Of a stretch of DNA of 64,000 bases, positions 1 through 16,447 are shown one piece after another. Under the pieces are notes generated by a model that saw only the letters and a list, made by a program, of their open reading frames with translations, was not told where the DNA came from and did not search any database. The translations under genes and the position numbers were made by a program. Each line of letters opens with the position of its first letter. Positions within the stretch are counted from its first letter, which is position 1. Origin of the DNA: Eledone cirrhosa (Eukaryota); contig OZ024746.1 in assembly GCA_964016885.1 (NCBI GenBank), forward strand, positions 54,870,001-54,934,000, read 5' to 3'.

Positions 1-189
1 TAAATATACATCTATTCTTTTTCACTTTTTGTTTTTACTTATGTATATATATATATATATATGTGTATGCATATATATGTATATATGCACATATGTATGT
101 ATATATGTGTATATGCATTTGTATATAACTATAAATATATATATGTTGCTGAATTAAGAAACATTTGGACGTGAGTCTACATCTGAAAG

Positions 190-282
190 CACATATCTGA
201 GGAGCTTTCGATTCCAGATTCAGGAACGAACATAATCGATCGTTCCTCGAACTGATCGGCAGTGAAACATATGTAATATGTG
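190..282 (+). ncRNA. Minimal type I hammerhead ribozyme motif
   Basis: CACATAT-CTGAGGA-(~60 nt stem II hairpin)-GAAA-CATATG-TA-ATATGTG. 7-bp perfect stem I, palindromic stem III ACATATGT, GUA cleavage triplet. Confidence 0.8.
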
Positions 283-341
283 ACTAAATATATGATGCAA
301 CGCTGATTCTTAGTTCCCTAATTATTATTATTATTATTAAA

Positions 342-540
342 GGCGGTGGATTGGCAGTATCGGTAGAGAGTCAGACGCCATGCTTTGACGCAAAGAGTTA
401 CGTCCCTTTCCATTCTGAGTTCAAATCCCGCCGAGGTTAACTTTGCCTTTCATCCTTACGGGGTCGATAAAATATAGTACCAGTAATGCACTGAGTAATT
501 GCTGGCCTTGTGCCTAAAGTAGAAACAATTATTATTATTA
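342..540 (+). mobile_element. tRNA-derived SINE, family A
   Basis: A-box-like TGGCAGTATCGG, B-box-like GAGTTCAAATCC, central CTTTGCCTTTCATCCTTACGGGGTCGATAAAATA, (ATT)n tail. More than 10 copies in the window. Confidence 0.85.
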
Positions 541-553
541 ATATTGTCACTCT

Positions 554-738
554 GGTGGATTGGCAGTATCGGTAGAGGGTCGGACGCCATGCTTTGCAAG
601 AAAGAGTTACGGCGCTTTATTGATCAAATCTCGCCGAGGTTAACCATGCCTTTCATCCTTACGGGGTCAACAAAATAAAGCACCAGTAATACACTGGTAT
701 AATTGCTGGCCTTGTACCAAAAGTAGAAACAATTTATT
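554..738 (+). mobile_element. tRNA-derived SINE, family A (tandem second copy)
   Basis: Same head, central domain and GCTGGCCTTGT..AAAGTAGAAAC end as 342-540. Confidence 0.85.
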
Positions 739-1191
739 AATGGCACTCTTCTCCCCAATAGCACCGAGTGTTCATCTTCGCATACCACCTGTGAACACAA
801 TCCGATTGCACACTTTACTACTATATATATCTATATATTTTATCGAACCCTTTTTTATTATCATTTCCTTATATATTGTATGTATGTATTCATATATATT
901 TAAACATTTTAATACAAAAAAAAAAGTCTAATATTGGATTTCACCATTTTCCAACCGACAATCATAATAAATATCCATTCAGTTCCACCTATGTTCTTTC
1001 CGCAAACATCACATGCACCATCTCTATAGTTACACTAAACAATCTGCTGACTCGTTGAAAGACCTTCATAGTGACTGACAAATTACTAGCACAATTGTTA
1101 CTGACAAAAGACGGAAGTTAATCAAATCTCTCTCATTGTTCATAGCTGCCATATTTGATCTGAAACATGGCCTATCCTTATCTCTCTTTCT

Positions 1192-1266
<75 letters not shown>

Positions 1267-1749
1267 GTGTGTGTGTGCGTGTGTGTGTGTTTGCATAAAT
1301 ATATGTATACATATGTGTGTGCATAAATATATGTATAAATGTGTGTGTGTGCATAAATATATATGTGTGTGTGTGTATAAATGTGTGTGTATGCATAAAT
1401 ATATGCATAAATGTGTGTATATGAGTGTATGTATTGGTGTGTTTATATTATATGAGTGTATGCATGTGTTGTGAATATGTTATAACATATATGTACATAT
1501 ATGTTATGAATGTATATATATACACCTACGTAATACATAGATTATTAAGTCTCAAGATTTTTATTCAGTTATTCTGTTATACCACATAGTTCGTGCGTAT
1601 AATGTATTAGAACAGCGTGATTATACATGTCATTAAATATTCAGTGAATAAAATATAACACAAGAAAAATGAGTAAAAATGATTGCGAATGCAAAATCAT
1701 AGAGTTATAAAAATGAAATTTTGTTTACTATACCTACATATCAGTTTAT

Positions 1750-2425
1750 AACACACACACACTGACACTGGCATACTCACATACACAAGCATACACACAC
1801 GTATACACACGCACATACATACTCACGCGTATGCATACTGACGTACATACATACTCACGCACATACATTCTCACGCACATACATACTCACGCGCGTACAT
1901 ACTTTGCACATACATACTCACGTGCATACATACTCACAGACATATGCATACTGACAAATATACATACTCACGAAATACATATATACACACGCACATACAT
2001 ACATACACACGCACATCCATACTGACGCACATACATACTCACGCGCACACATACTCACGTGCACACATACTCACGCGCACACATACTAACGCGCACACAT
2101 ACTCATGCACACACCTACTCAAGCGCACACGTACTCACGGGAACACATACTCTCGCACACACATACTCATGCACACACATACTCACACGCACACATACTC
2201 ACGTACATACGTACTGAGGCACATACATACTGACGCACATACCCACTCAAGGACATACACACTCACGCACACACATCCTCACGCACATACGTACTCACAC
2301 ACATAATACTCACTCACATACATACTCACGCACATATATACGCACATACGTACTCACGCCCATTCGTACTCACGCACATATGTGCTCACGCACAAACGCA
2401 CACACAACCATACACACACATACAT
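1750..2425. repeat. CA-rich minisatellite
   Basis: Degenerate tandem units resembling ACGCACATACATACTC. Confidence 0.85.
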
Positions 2426-2619
2426 TATAAAGAGTCGGGATCAGACAGCTGAGCTCTTGCTTATTCCAGACTGATTTATTTATATAGACAGTAGAACGAA
2501 TGTGGACTTAAATGTAAAAGGGCTATATATAAAAGTATATATTACAGGTGTATATACAATAAATATATAGGAGCTAGTCTCTCTCTCTCTCTCACTCTCT
2601 CTCTCTCTCTATCTCTCTC

Positions 2620-2702
<83 letters not shown>

Positions 2703-2707
<5 letters not shown>

Positions 2708-2864
2708 AACGAGTAGGACCCCGACGGCTGAGCTCAAGCCGTCGAAACGGCTTGAGCTCAGCCGTCGGGGTCCTACTCGTTCCTATTACCCACTCTACTA
2801 TCTTAAGTATTGAGTACTTTGGTGCGTTATGGTCCACCTGGTTCCTTACCTCATTTCCTTCGTT
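2703..2864 (+). mobile_element. Fold-back (5'-inverted) element in (TA)n
   Basis: Perfect ~40 bp arm hairpin 2703-2786 with CGAA loop, then a tail (CCTATTACCCAC...CCTTCGTTA) shared with 3165-3385. Confidence 0.65.
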
Positions 2865-2875
2865 ATATATATATT

Positions 2876-3146
2876 GTGGAAGCACGTCGTCTAGTGGTAA
2901 AGGCGTTGGACTTACGATGATAATTTCGTTGGTTCGATTCCTGGGTTGCATGTTGTGTTCTTGAGTAAAACACTTCATTTCACGTTGCTCCATTATCCTC
3001 GGCTGAAAATGAGTACTAGCACTAGCTGGGGGTTTAAACCTGCGATGGACTGGCGTCATGTCCAGTGGGGAGTCTTGTACTCTCAGTCGCTTTAAGCTAT
3101 ACACCAGCCCAATGTGTCTTCTGTCTTAAGACAGACTTTAGACTTA
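2876..3146 (+). mobile_element. tRNA-derived SINE, family B (CORE-SINE-like)
   Basis: CTAGTGGTAA A-box, GGTTCGATTCC B-box, TGTGTTCTTGAGTAAAACACTTCATTTCAC central segment. Second copy at 6565-6805. Confidence 0.75.
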
Positions 3147-3164
3147 TATATATATATATATAGT

Positions 3165-3383
3165 AAAATGTTTAACCCCGACGGCAGTTCTCAAGCCGTT
3201 TCGACGACTATTTCTGCACTAAATTATAATTTTTAGCGTGGTAATAAATTTTAATTTAGTCCAGAAATAGCCGTCGAAATTGCTTCATGGGTTAAATATT
3301 TTCCTATTACCCACTCCACTACCCTAAGTATTGAGTACTCTGGTGCGTTATGGTCCATCTGGTTCCTTACCACACTTCCTTCG

Positions 3384-3385
<2 letters not shown>
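3165..3385 (+). mobile_element. Fold-back element, same family as 2703-2864
   Basis: Imperfect inverted arms (TTTCGACGACTATTTCTG / CAGAAATAGCCGTCGAAA) plus the shared 3' tail. Confidence 0.65.
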
Positions 3386-3436
<51 letters not shown>

Positions 3437-3441
<5 letters not shown>

Positions 3442-4258
3442 AATGATCGAGAATCGCATTTCAGCCCACGAAATAACGAAAAACAACCTCCGAGATGTGT
3501 GGCAAATGCTCAGTGATTCAGATGAACCAGAGCTATAACAAACGTTAAAGTGCAATCACACTGAGACGATGGTTAAACAATCATTCGCATAGCCAAAAAA
3601 ACGATCAAGTAATTCGGGTCAAACAAATAAAAAATATCTGTGATTGAAAATTTACCCGAACCCCTGGAAGGTTGGTAAAATCCAGCATTTGTGTTTCTGC
3701 GGCTCTTAAATCAAATACTGTCCGCTTACATAAATAATGTTAGGCTTCTGGTAAGATGATTGAACAAGGAAGCCACTTTCTCAACAGGTTTTAGTTCAAT
3801 ATTAATACAAGGACTGACTATTACTGACGCCACGTGGGGATCGGCAAGCGAGGCAACCCCTATATCAGGCGAATGAATTCAGTTGTGTATGTTATTGCAA
3901 GAATGCAAAAACATCACAAATCGAATAGAGTTCTCAACAGAAAGGATTAAAATTAACATAAGCTATTCATCAGTCAATAGAATCAACTAAAAAATCAAGA
4001 AAATTAACTGGTCCATAGCTAGAGTCGGGAGATTAATATAAATATAAATTATCGAGAATCGCATTTCGGCCCACGAAATAACGAAAAACAACCTCCGAGA
4101 TGTGTGGCAAGTGCTCAATGATTCAGAAGAACCAGAGCTATAACAAACGTTAAAGGCCAATTACACTGAGACGATGGTTAAACAATCATTCGCATAGCCA
4201 AAAAAACGATCAAGTAATTCGGGTCAAACAAATAAAAAATATCTGTGATTGAAAATTG
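3437..4258. repeat. ~220 bp direct repeat with ~600 bp period
   Basis: 3437-3652 is nearly identical to 4041-4258. Confidence 0.9.
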
Positions 4259-4266
4259 AATATACA

Positions 4267-4841
4267 ATTGAATATACAAGAGAGATAAACACAAATATAA
4301 ACATACATGTGTTCGAATTGTAAGGGACCAAGTTCACTAGGGTGAAAAAAATACTAACTATAACGATATAGTTTGCCAGACTCAATTTAAAGTAATAAAC
4401 AAGAACAAGAAGAACAAACCTATATTGGGCAACTGTCTAAACACCCAGACTTCTTAGCTGTTTCGCAAATTATAATTTGTGATCTCCTTTGCTAAATAAT
4501 TATTTAGCAAAGGAAATCACCAATTTTCTGCTCTTCAGTGGCTGTAAAAATTAGTAATCCCTTGACATCTAAGTATATCAGAAGACTGAATAGTGTGCGA
4601 ATATGAAATAACGCACATGGCTTCAGAACCTAGCGTGTCTCATAAACATACGCTGCTAAAAATAGTAGTCGGGTTTACACATTTAAATTAGCTCTACAAG
4701 AAGGAGCCGACAATATCAAATATTGAGTTAGGAACTCATATTTTTATAGTTAGTATTTTTTTCACCCTAGTGAACTTGTTCCCTTACAATTCGAACACAT
4801 GTATGCTTACATTTGTGTTTATCTCTCTTGTATATTCAATT
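4267..4841. mobile_element. Element with ~97 bp inverted ends
   Basis: 4267-4363 is the reverse complement of 4745-4841. Contains a hammerhead motif internally. Confidence 0.75.
4441..4545 (-). ncRNA. Type I hammerhead ribozyme motif
   Basis: Minus strand ACAGCCA-CTGAAGA-GCA...(long hairpin)...TGC-GAAA-CAGCTAAGAAG-TC-TGGGTGT. Stem I 6/7 bp, GUC site, non-palindromic stem III. Confidence 0.65.
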
Positions 4842-5002
4842 ATAGTACACGGCTCAGATAAACTTATTTCTTTGTGTTATTTAATTGTATGAGACTATTT
4901 TGAGTTCCTAACTCAATATCTGATATATATATATATATATCAAGGTGGTGCCCCAGCATGTTTGTGCCCCAGCATGGCCATAGTCGAATGACTGAAACCA
5001 GT

Positions 5003-5037
<35 letters not shown>

Positions 5038-5460
5038 AAAGTCAATGAAAAACAACAAAGGAGAATCATATAGCAAAGAGATTATACAGATTAATTCAAT
5101 GCTTCATGTAGTAAGAAAAGAGACTTCATGTTTTGGTAGCTAGTCTTTCACCGTAGGTTAGAATAGGTGACTGTTGATACAGAAAGATTTATGAGAGCAG
5201 ATATGCGTGAAAACGGAGAAAATGTCCTTGAATGGGAAACACGTGTGTAGTTATATATATATATATATATATATATGGCATTCTAAATGTACACTAATGC
5301 TCAGATAAATATACGCATGATTATATATGTATGCACCCATCATCTATCTCTTTCTTGCTCTCTTTATATAAATACATACATATGTAAACTTATAAACCAC
5401 GCATAATCAGTGTCACACATACACACATATACATATATAACCACAGAACATAAATGAATC

Positions 5461-5600
<140 letters not shown>

Positions 5601-6564
5601 AATACAGAGATCGAGAGAGTTGTATATGTATGACTACACATACATATATGTATGTTTTTTTACGTATGGATGCATGGTTACATATATTTGATGTATGTAG
5701 ATAAATTCTTCAGAAATAGTACTTCCGGATTACGCACATTTCTTAGTGTAAATCTGTTGAAATCTTCTCGGCTGAGCAGATCTAGCTAGCCACCCTGTTG
5801 GTTTTAAACAGCTGGGTGCAAAATATATTTTTTATTTTACTTTTTTACATATGGTAATGATAATTAGTTTGTTTCTATGTCATTCTTTCCATCGTGCTAG
5901 CTATCTTTTCATCTTAGTGACAGTGTAAGTCCGAACCATCTAGGTATACGTTACTTTTGAAATTAACCCTTTTGTACCAGATCTTCGAAACCCTCTACTA
6001 CGATGCACAGCTGTTTATTCTAGATAACAACATAATTGAACGTAAGAACAGCTATCTTAAATTGTGTTTTAAACACCATAAAAATGACATATTCAAAATC
6101 ATATTACTAAATCCCATTAAATGTTTTGTTATTTTTAAATAATTATTTCAAAACTTTTTGCTGTTTGTCATGAGAAATATATATCAAAAGCGATACACAG
6201 ACATCCTTATATATTTCCTTAGTCAGATTTTAGCTTCTCCCGCTTCCTCCATGCGGCGAATCGTAGGCTGAGAGATTTTCACCTGGCACATTCGCAAACC
6301 TATCGCGAAGCTGCTGCACCAGGACAGACCGATACACTTAGATCTGCTTTCATAGTCCTCAACTATTTCTTAACACACTTTCTATGAACTTATTGTACAT
6401 TTATATCATATTCGAACGACATCCGGCATTTGCCCTCAAGCTATGCATGGTCAGATTGAGACAAATTAGGGCAGCTTACGAATGAAAGCCAGACGAGGAA
6501 ACGAACGGCGTCGTAAATGATGCAGTCGCGTCAATAATTGGTTGATAGCTATATATATATATAT

Positions 6565-6805
6565 TGTGGAGGCACGTTGCCTAGTGGTAGGCTGGTTTGT
6601 GTTTTGTGTTCTTGAGCAAAACGCTTCATTTCACGTTGCTCCACTATACTCATCTGTAAATGTCTGCACACAACAGGTGGGAGTTTAACCCTGCGATGGG
6701 CTGGCGTCTTGTCCATGTTGAAGTTTTGTACTCCCAGTCACCTAACGCCACGAAACCGGGATGAGCACCGGACATGCGAGCTCCCTTACTCGAGTCTTAG
6801 ATTAT
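6565..6805 (+). mobile_element. SINE family B, head partly deleted
   Basis: Aligns with 2876-3146. Confidence 0.75.
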
Positions 6806-7628
6806 ATATATTAACTTCTGTCCACCCTTGCTAAGAACCTTGACACCTCACGTCACACCAGCAACCATGCTTCCCCCTCCTTCGAAAACACTCATAGGGA
6901 CTCCCTCAAGAACTAATGATACAGGAAAACCATAACACCATGTTAAACCATGACGAGAACTTCAGCTGCAGTAACTGTGGCCATGCCTGGCTATCCCGCA
7001 TGTGCTTCAACTGCTATAAGCGTGCCTGCAGTTAACGTGGGCCGCTCCCTTCAAAATTCTCGTTCACGAAGTCAAACAATGACAATTATTTAACTTAATT
7101 TACATCTAACCTGCACTGGATGACTATCCCTTTATCAACTGTCGACTGGAGATCTCAGAGATTTCGACATCCTCAGACATAATCACTCAAGCGTTCGTGC
7201 CTAGCAGCATTACTGCAACCAAGTATAATGCTGATTTTCTTGCCCTACAAAATAGCATAATTTCCCAACATACAGTAGCAACACCAAACTAGAGACTGTA
7301 TCTATTACAATGCCAACAACAATTATATTTTACTATATTATGAGGATTTGTTCATCAGGTTTTATTTTGGTTTTCACCCGCACACCACTGCCATAATATT
7401 AGGTTCGTGAGTACTTCATACATTATCTTATATCCTTTTATCCAAAGTCACCTAGAAAGGAAATTGTGGATCTTGGGGCAAGCCAACACTTTCCACATCT
7501 CCTGGAAACGGCATAGTGTGCTGTCCTCCTCCTACACACCAGTTGCTAAATGTTTCATATACACGAAATTTACGCAAACCTATATCAACACATGTATTGT
7601 CAATGACATTTTGTACACCAGTAGCAAT

Positions 7629-7681
<53 letters not shown>

Positions 7682-7683
7682 TT
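7629..7683. repeat. (TAC)n microsatellite
   Basis: Direct reading. Confidence 0.95.
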
Positions 7684-7936
7684 ACGGAGGGATTTCTGGA
7701 AGTTATACATAGACCCCTGCTCGAATCTCCTCCTGTAGAGATTGTTCAGTTAAATGTAGTCGACGCCCAGTTCCTCTCCAAGAGCGTCGTCGTACTTGCC
7801 CACCACTAATCTTCTATAGAACTCGAGAGTGGAATTTCCTGGCGGATGACATAATTAATATCATAAATACATGCACTCACATATAAAGATAAATAAGTAT
7901 GCAGTCAAATAATTAGACAGATCGATGATATCACAC

Positions 7937-7981
<45 letters not shown>
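7937..7981. repeat. (AGAT)n microsatellite
   Basis: Direct reading. Confidence 0.95.
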
Positions 7982-7982
<1 letters not shown>

Positions 7983-8502
7983 AAATGCAAGGAAGAGAAG
8001 GGAAGATAGTTCTAGAGAGCAATAAAAGAAAAGCACGGAGAGTTAAAGAAGTAGTGGAATGGATGTCTACCAGCGTACGAGAGGCAAATGTGATGTTGAT
8101 GTAATTGATTGTGGAGTTCATGTTTCTACTTTAAATTTAATGTGGTAGTCTTCTTACAAAATACCATTATTATACTGTTGCCATGTTTTGTTACTGAACA
8201 CCATTACAATGTTATATTACTTCAGTTTCACCTGCTTTTATAGCATCTGCTGCTACTCCTGATGTTAGTGAATCTGATGTACTTTTCAGCGTTGATTCTG
8301 ATGCGGCTACTGCTGCTGCTATTGACGATGTTTTGCTCATCGCTTCAGGTCATGTCTAAATCGAACAATCTCTATGAAGAAAAGTTCGCTAGCACGATCA
8401 CTATATATATATAAGTGATATTACGAATATGTTATCTAACGATTATTTAGTCTGTGACCATTGCTGTTCTCTAAAACAAACACAAACACGCACGCACACC
8501 CA

Positions 8503-8561
<59 letters not shown>

Positions 8562-8727
8562 GGATTCTTCCGCCCTTTGTCAGGTTTTGTTTTTTATCCT
8601 GCAGCGCGTCCAAAATCACCCCCCTCACCAAGTAAACCTGGCCATCCAAAAGTGTGTAAATATGTATATATACACAGATACATATGTAAGTATATGTGTA
8701 TATACATGGGTGCATGTGTATGTATAT

Positions 8728-9070
8728 GCGCGGATACATAGAAATAGTCGGGTTGGACACCCGATCGCGCGGTTAAACCACTGGGAGTGAATGACCCCTA
8801 GCCTTTCTCAGGGCATTCTTCTAGGAGAAGGCAACTCAGGAAACTGGGATAACTCCGATATAAAACCTGCGGCTCAGTAGTTACCGATGATGTTGATCTT
8901 TTCTTCTTTTCGGGTTATAGCTACTGTCGCTCAGAGAGTGGGATTGGCTCAGTGCACAGTCATTCCTCCCATTAAAAAATATCTTCACGCACAGGCATTG
9001 CACGATAGAATTAATTAATAATGGTATATCGTGCAATGGCCATACTCGATAACGAGGGGGCAGCCATCAT
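8728..9070 (+). mobile_element. Bipartite non-autonomous RTE derivative (5'UTR joined to 3' terminus)
   Basis: 8728-9005 matches the LINE leader 16710-16987, including the RTE-leader-like CTAGGAGAAGG motif. 9029-9070 matches the LINE 3' end 21142-21182. Confidence 0.8.
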
Positions 9071-9563
9071 ATATATATATATATAATATGTAGATTCCAG
9101 AGTTGTATCGGGAGGTAACCATAGTTAAAAAGGTTACTCAACATATGTAATTTATTTATTGAACCCTAAAGGATGAAAGGCAAAGTTAACATTGACAGGT
9201 TTGGACCTCAGAGCACAGAGTATTTAATCTGACGGGGTATTTAATCTGTTGTTTTACCGATATAACCGAGTCAACACCTTGCAAAAGAAAGCTTATTAGT
9301 TCGAAATGCTTCAGGGTTAACGGGAATAACATTACCAATGTATACATGGCTCCTTAATTCTTGGTAGATTCGTAGGGGTACAGATTTAACATACAGTGTT
9401 TTCTGGGCATTTACACCTGACGGTACCCATTTGTCTCCAACTTGGAGCAGAGTCAATTTCTTGGAGTCAGCTGGAGAGAAAGTATGTTTGAGAGGAAGAG
9501 AAATAAAGTGTGAGAGAGAAAGAGAGAGAAGTGAGAAAGAGATATAAAGAAAAGAGCAGGCTA

Positions 9564-9771
9564 AATATTGGTTTCTTATATAAACACAAGGCCAGCAATT
9601 TTGGGGGAGGGGAAAATCGATTAAATCGTGACTGGTACGTTATTTTATCGACCCCGTAACGATGAAAAGCAACGATAACCTCGGTGGGATTTGAATTCAG
9701 ATCATAAAGGGCCGTAACTCTATGCTTCAAAGCATGGCATTCGACCCTCTACCGCGACTGCCAATCCACCG
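9564..9771 (-). mobile_element. SINE family A
   Basis: Reverse complement of the family A consensus. Confidence 0.85.
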
Positions 9772-9835
9772 AAAGCGGGCTAAAATATTGAATTGGAATT
9801 ATATTTATCAACTTCAATATTAGGAAAAGCAAAAG

Positions 9836-10057
9836 GGTGGTGGATTGGCACTATCGGTAAAGGGTCGGACGCGATGCTTTTCAACATATAGTTACGGCCC
9901 TTCATAATCTGAGTTCAAATCCCGCCGAGGTTAACATTGCCTTTCATCGTTACGGAGTCGATAAAATAAAGTACCAGTCACACACTGGACACGATTTAAT
10001 CGACTTTCCTCTCCCACAAAACTCTTGGCCTTGTGGCTATATAAGAAACCAATATTA
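9836..10057 (+). mobile_element. SINE family A
   Basis: Full head, core and tail; head-to-head with 9564-9771. Confidence 0.85.
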
Positions 10058-10584
10058 GGAAACGAAAGTTGATGTCGTCAGAATTTGAAACCAGAGCTCA
10101 GTGTCAGAACAAGTGCCTTAAATCATTCTCCGTGACGTTCTAATGCTAACCAAGACCGCAGCATTGTTAGATTTTTATTTAATTATATAAAATAAAACAC
10201 GGTAATGGAGATTTAATTCTCTAAATGTGTATATTTTCAAAATTATTTAAATACGTTTAGATATTCATAATGAATCTTCGAACCGCATAGAACTAGCTTA
10301 CACTCGTTACATTCTATGAATGTGCGTGATTGTTTTGTGTAAACATTTTTATTTATACATACAGTATGAGTGGGCGCACACTTTTTAATCTATTCTTACA
10401 AGTTCGCACACATATATATATATATGTGTGTGTGTGTGTACACATACATTATTGTCATAATCATCATCAACTATTAACATCACCATTATTATTACCATGG
10501 CGATCATTATGAGCATGATCTTCTTCCCTACAAGTATCATTATTACCACTACTTGCACTTGAGTCGGCCGAAAATATCTCGTCA

Positions 10585-10663
<79 letters not shown>

Positions 10664-11159
10664 TTGTATGCATGTATGTGTGTTTGTATGCATGTATGTG
10701 TGTATGTATATGAGTGTGTGTGTGTGTGCAGATGTGTGTGCGTGTGTGTATACACATATATATATATATAAATTCATACATACATACGTGTATGTATATT
10801 TATAAGCATGTTTATATAATATTTTGTACGTATATGTGTATTAGATGCAAAACGACATTTTCTATGAATATGAGTACGTTTACATGTAATATATGTAAAT
10901 GTTTCAGTGTTTCATGACTGTGTTTCGTCAAGTGTGTGTGTATGTGTATGAGTGTTTTGTCAATTGTGTGTGTATGTGTATGAGTGTTTTGTCAATCGTA
11001 TGTGTGTGTGTATGTGTGTTTCTGTTAGCATGTATGTATATTGTAGCCAACGAAGTAAAACTTTTTATTACATGTCCCATGATATAAAATTATATTATTA
11101 AGTTCATTCTTGAGAAACAAACATGATTAAATCGCCATTTTGCTATGTCGCATTCCGTT

Positions 11160-14375
<3,216 letters not shown>

Positions 14376-15000
14376 CATTACAATTAACGTTTGTTTTTTT
14401 CATTTCTTAAATATTTTTCTTCTACTAAACAATGTTTAGTTTCTAAATGTTGTTTTTTTGTTGTTTGTGTTGTGGTTATTGTTCGTGTTCATGTTATTTT
14501 AGTGACGAATTTTTTTGCTTTTTTTTGTTGTATTGTTGACTTTATTATTGTTTTTGTTGTGGCTGGCATTGCTATTTCTGGTGTTGTTATGGTTTCTATT
14601 GTTGTTGCTGTTTTTTGTTGTCTATGCTGTTTTAGCGTCACTATTTTTTTGTTTTCTTTATATATTTTCCTTTATATTTACATTATTATCGTTTCTTCTA
14701 TCCTTGTCTTTCATTCTAATCTTTTATTGCCTGCTTTCATTCATTTCTTTCGTTCTGTCTTTCATTCCTCGTTTCTTTTTTCTTACTTCCCTATTTTCCA
14801 TTTTTTTTTGTTGTCTCATTCTTTTTTTCTGCCTGTCCTTCTTTCTTTCTCTCTTTCTTCCTATTTGTCTGTTTAAATGTTTTGTCTCCTATCAAAGCGA
14901 GAACACATCTTTATATATGCCATTCTACCAAAACTAACTAACAATATTTTTACATACGTATCTACCTTGGTGCATACATAAAACCAAATCTACCCACCAT

Positions 15001-15042
<42 letters not shown>

Positions 15043-15054
15043 AATGTACATAGC

Positions 15055-15198
15055 TAAGGACATACATATATATACATAGATACATACATAGCTAAAGAAA
15101 TACATATATACATATATATATATGCATAGATACATACATGGCTAAAGACATACCTATATATACATAGATATATATGCATAGATATATACATACCTAAA

Positions 15199-15229
<31 letters not shown>

Positions 15230-15390
15230 TTATATATATATACATAGATACATATATAGCTAAAGACATATATATATATATATACATAGATACATACGTA
15301 ACTAAAGACGTACATATATATATACATAGATGCATACATAGATAAAGATATACATATATACATGCATAAACACATAGATACATTCTTATA
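15055..15390. repeat. AT-rich minisatellite
   Basis: Repeated TACATAGATACATACATAGCTAAAGA-like units. Confidence 0.7.
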
Positions 15391-15391
15391 C

Positions 15392-15455
<64 letters not shown>

Positions 15456-15785
15456 ATTTAGATTCAACACTTTCTACGTAGATACGTAGTAAGGTATGTT
15501 TGTAAGATGTATCTACGTTTTGTGTGTTGGGAATATTTATAGACGTACCCCATAATATAAAATATTATAACAGTGCATTTGGTGAGATTTGAACCTATAA
15601 AGCTTGAGTAATAAACTCCATTGTCCATGACGTCATTGGCTGAGAATATCTGAGTTGGATATAGGTTTCCAGCAGACTATTCACTGACTCAATGCATTCA
15701 CTATCTTCGCGGGAGTAAAAAGTGAGCGTCTGGGCAACTCAAGCGAAATAAACACCAAAGTGTATTTCTGCTTGAACGCTTCATA

Positions 15786-15866
<81 letters not shown>

Positions 15867-15936
15867 ATGTGTGTATACGTGGTCATGTGTGCGCGTGGTC
15901 ATTTGTGTGTGTATATGTGAACATATCGTGTGTGTA

Positions 15937-15979
<43 letters not shown>

Positions 15980-16289
15980 ATGTGTGTATATACATCACTC
16001 AGTCAAACGACCAGATTTCAACCCCAACATCTGCAACAACAATACCGGCACTAATGTTTACAGCAACAGCAGCTTCAGGATGAATTGAAATGAAAATTTA
16101 CAACAGCGGCATCAAACGATAAAAAAAAAACCAAAAAAAAAAAACCAAAAAAAAAAACCACTCAAAATAACAAATAGAAACAACACACACACGCACACAG
16201 CACAACAACAACATCAACTGCCACCAGCACCACCATCACCGCCGCCATCACCATCACTAGCGACCGGGCCTTTAGAAAACAACTTTAAT

Positions 16290-16447
16290 AATAATAAATT
16301 TTCTGCTTTTGGCACGGATCCAGCGACTGGCTCAGCACATTACTGGTACTCTCTTTTGTTGACTCCGTGGGGATGAAAGGCAAGGTTGACCTCGGCGGGA
16401 TTTGAGCTCAGAGCGGGGAGAGCCATAGCTCTATGCTGTAAAGCAAT
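16290..16447 (-). mobile_element. SINE family A, partial
   Basis: GGATGAAAGGCAAGGTTGACCTCGGCGGGATTTGAGCTC; duplicated at 45845-46000. Confidence 0.75.

Noticed and set aside
3790-3885. Possible HDV-like ribozyme (GGCGAATG)
   Set aside because: Could not build P1/P3/P1.1 pairings.
3443-3980. Minus-strand hammerhead with ~500 nt stem II
   Set aside because: Stem II closing pairs and stem III do not pair convincingly.
6830-7560. Possible decayed LINE ORF1 knuckle / endonuclease (CSNCGH, YNADFLALQ)
   Set aside because: Too degenerate to support without a profile search.
14391-14937. Hydrophobic 161 aa and 140 aa ORFs
   Set aside because: T-rich low-complexity DNA that mimics membrane proteins.
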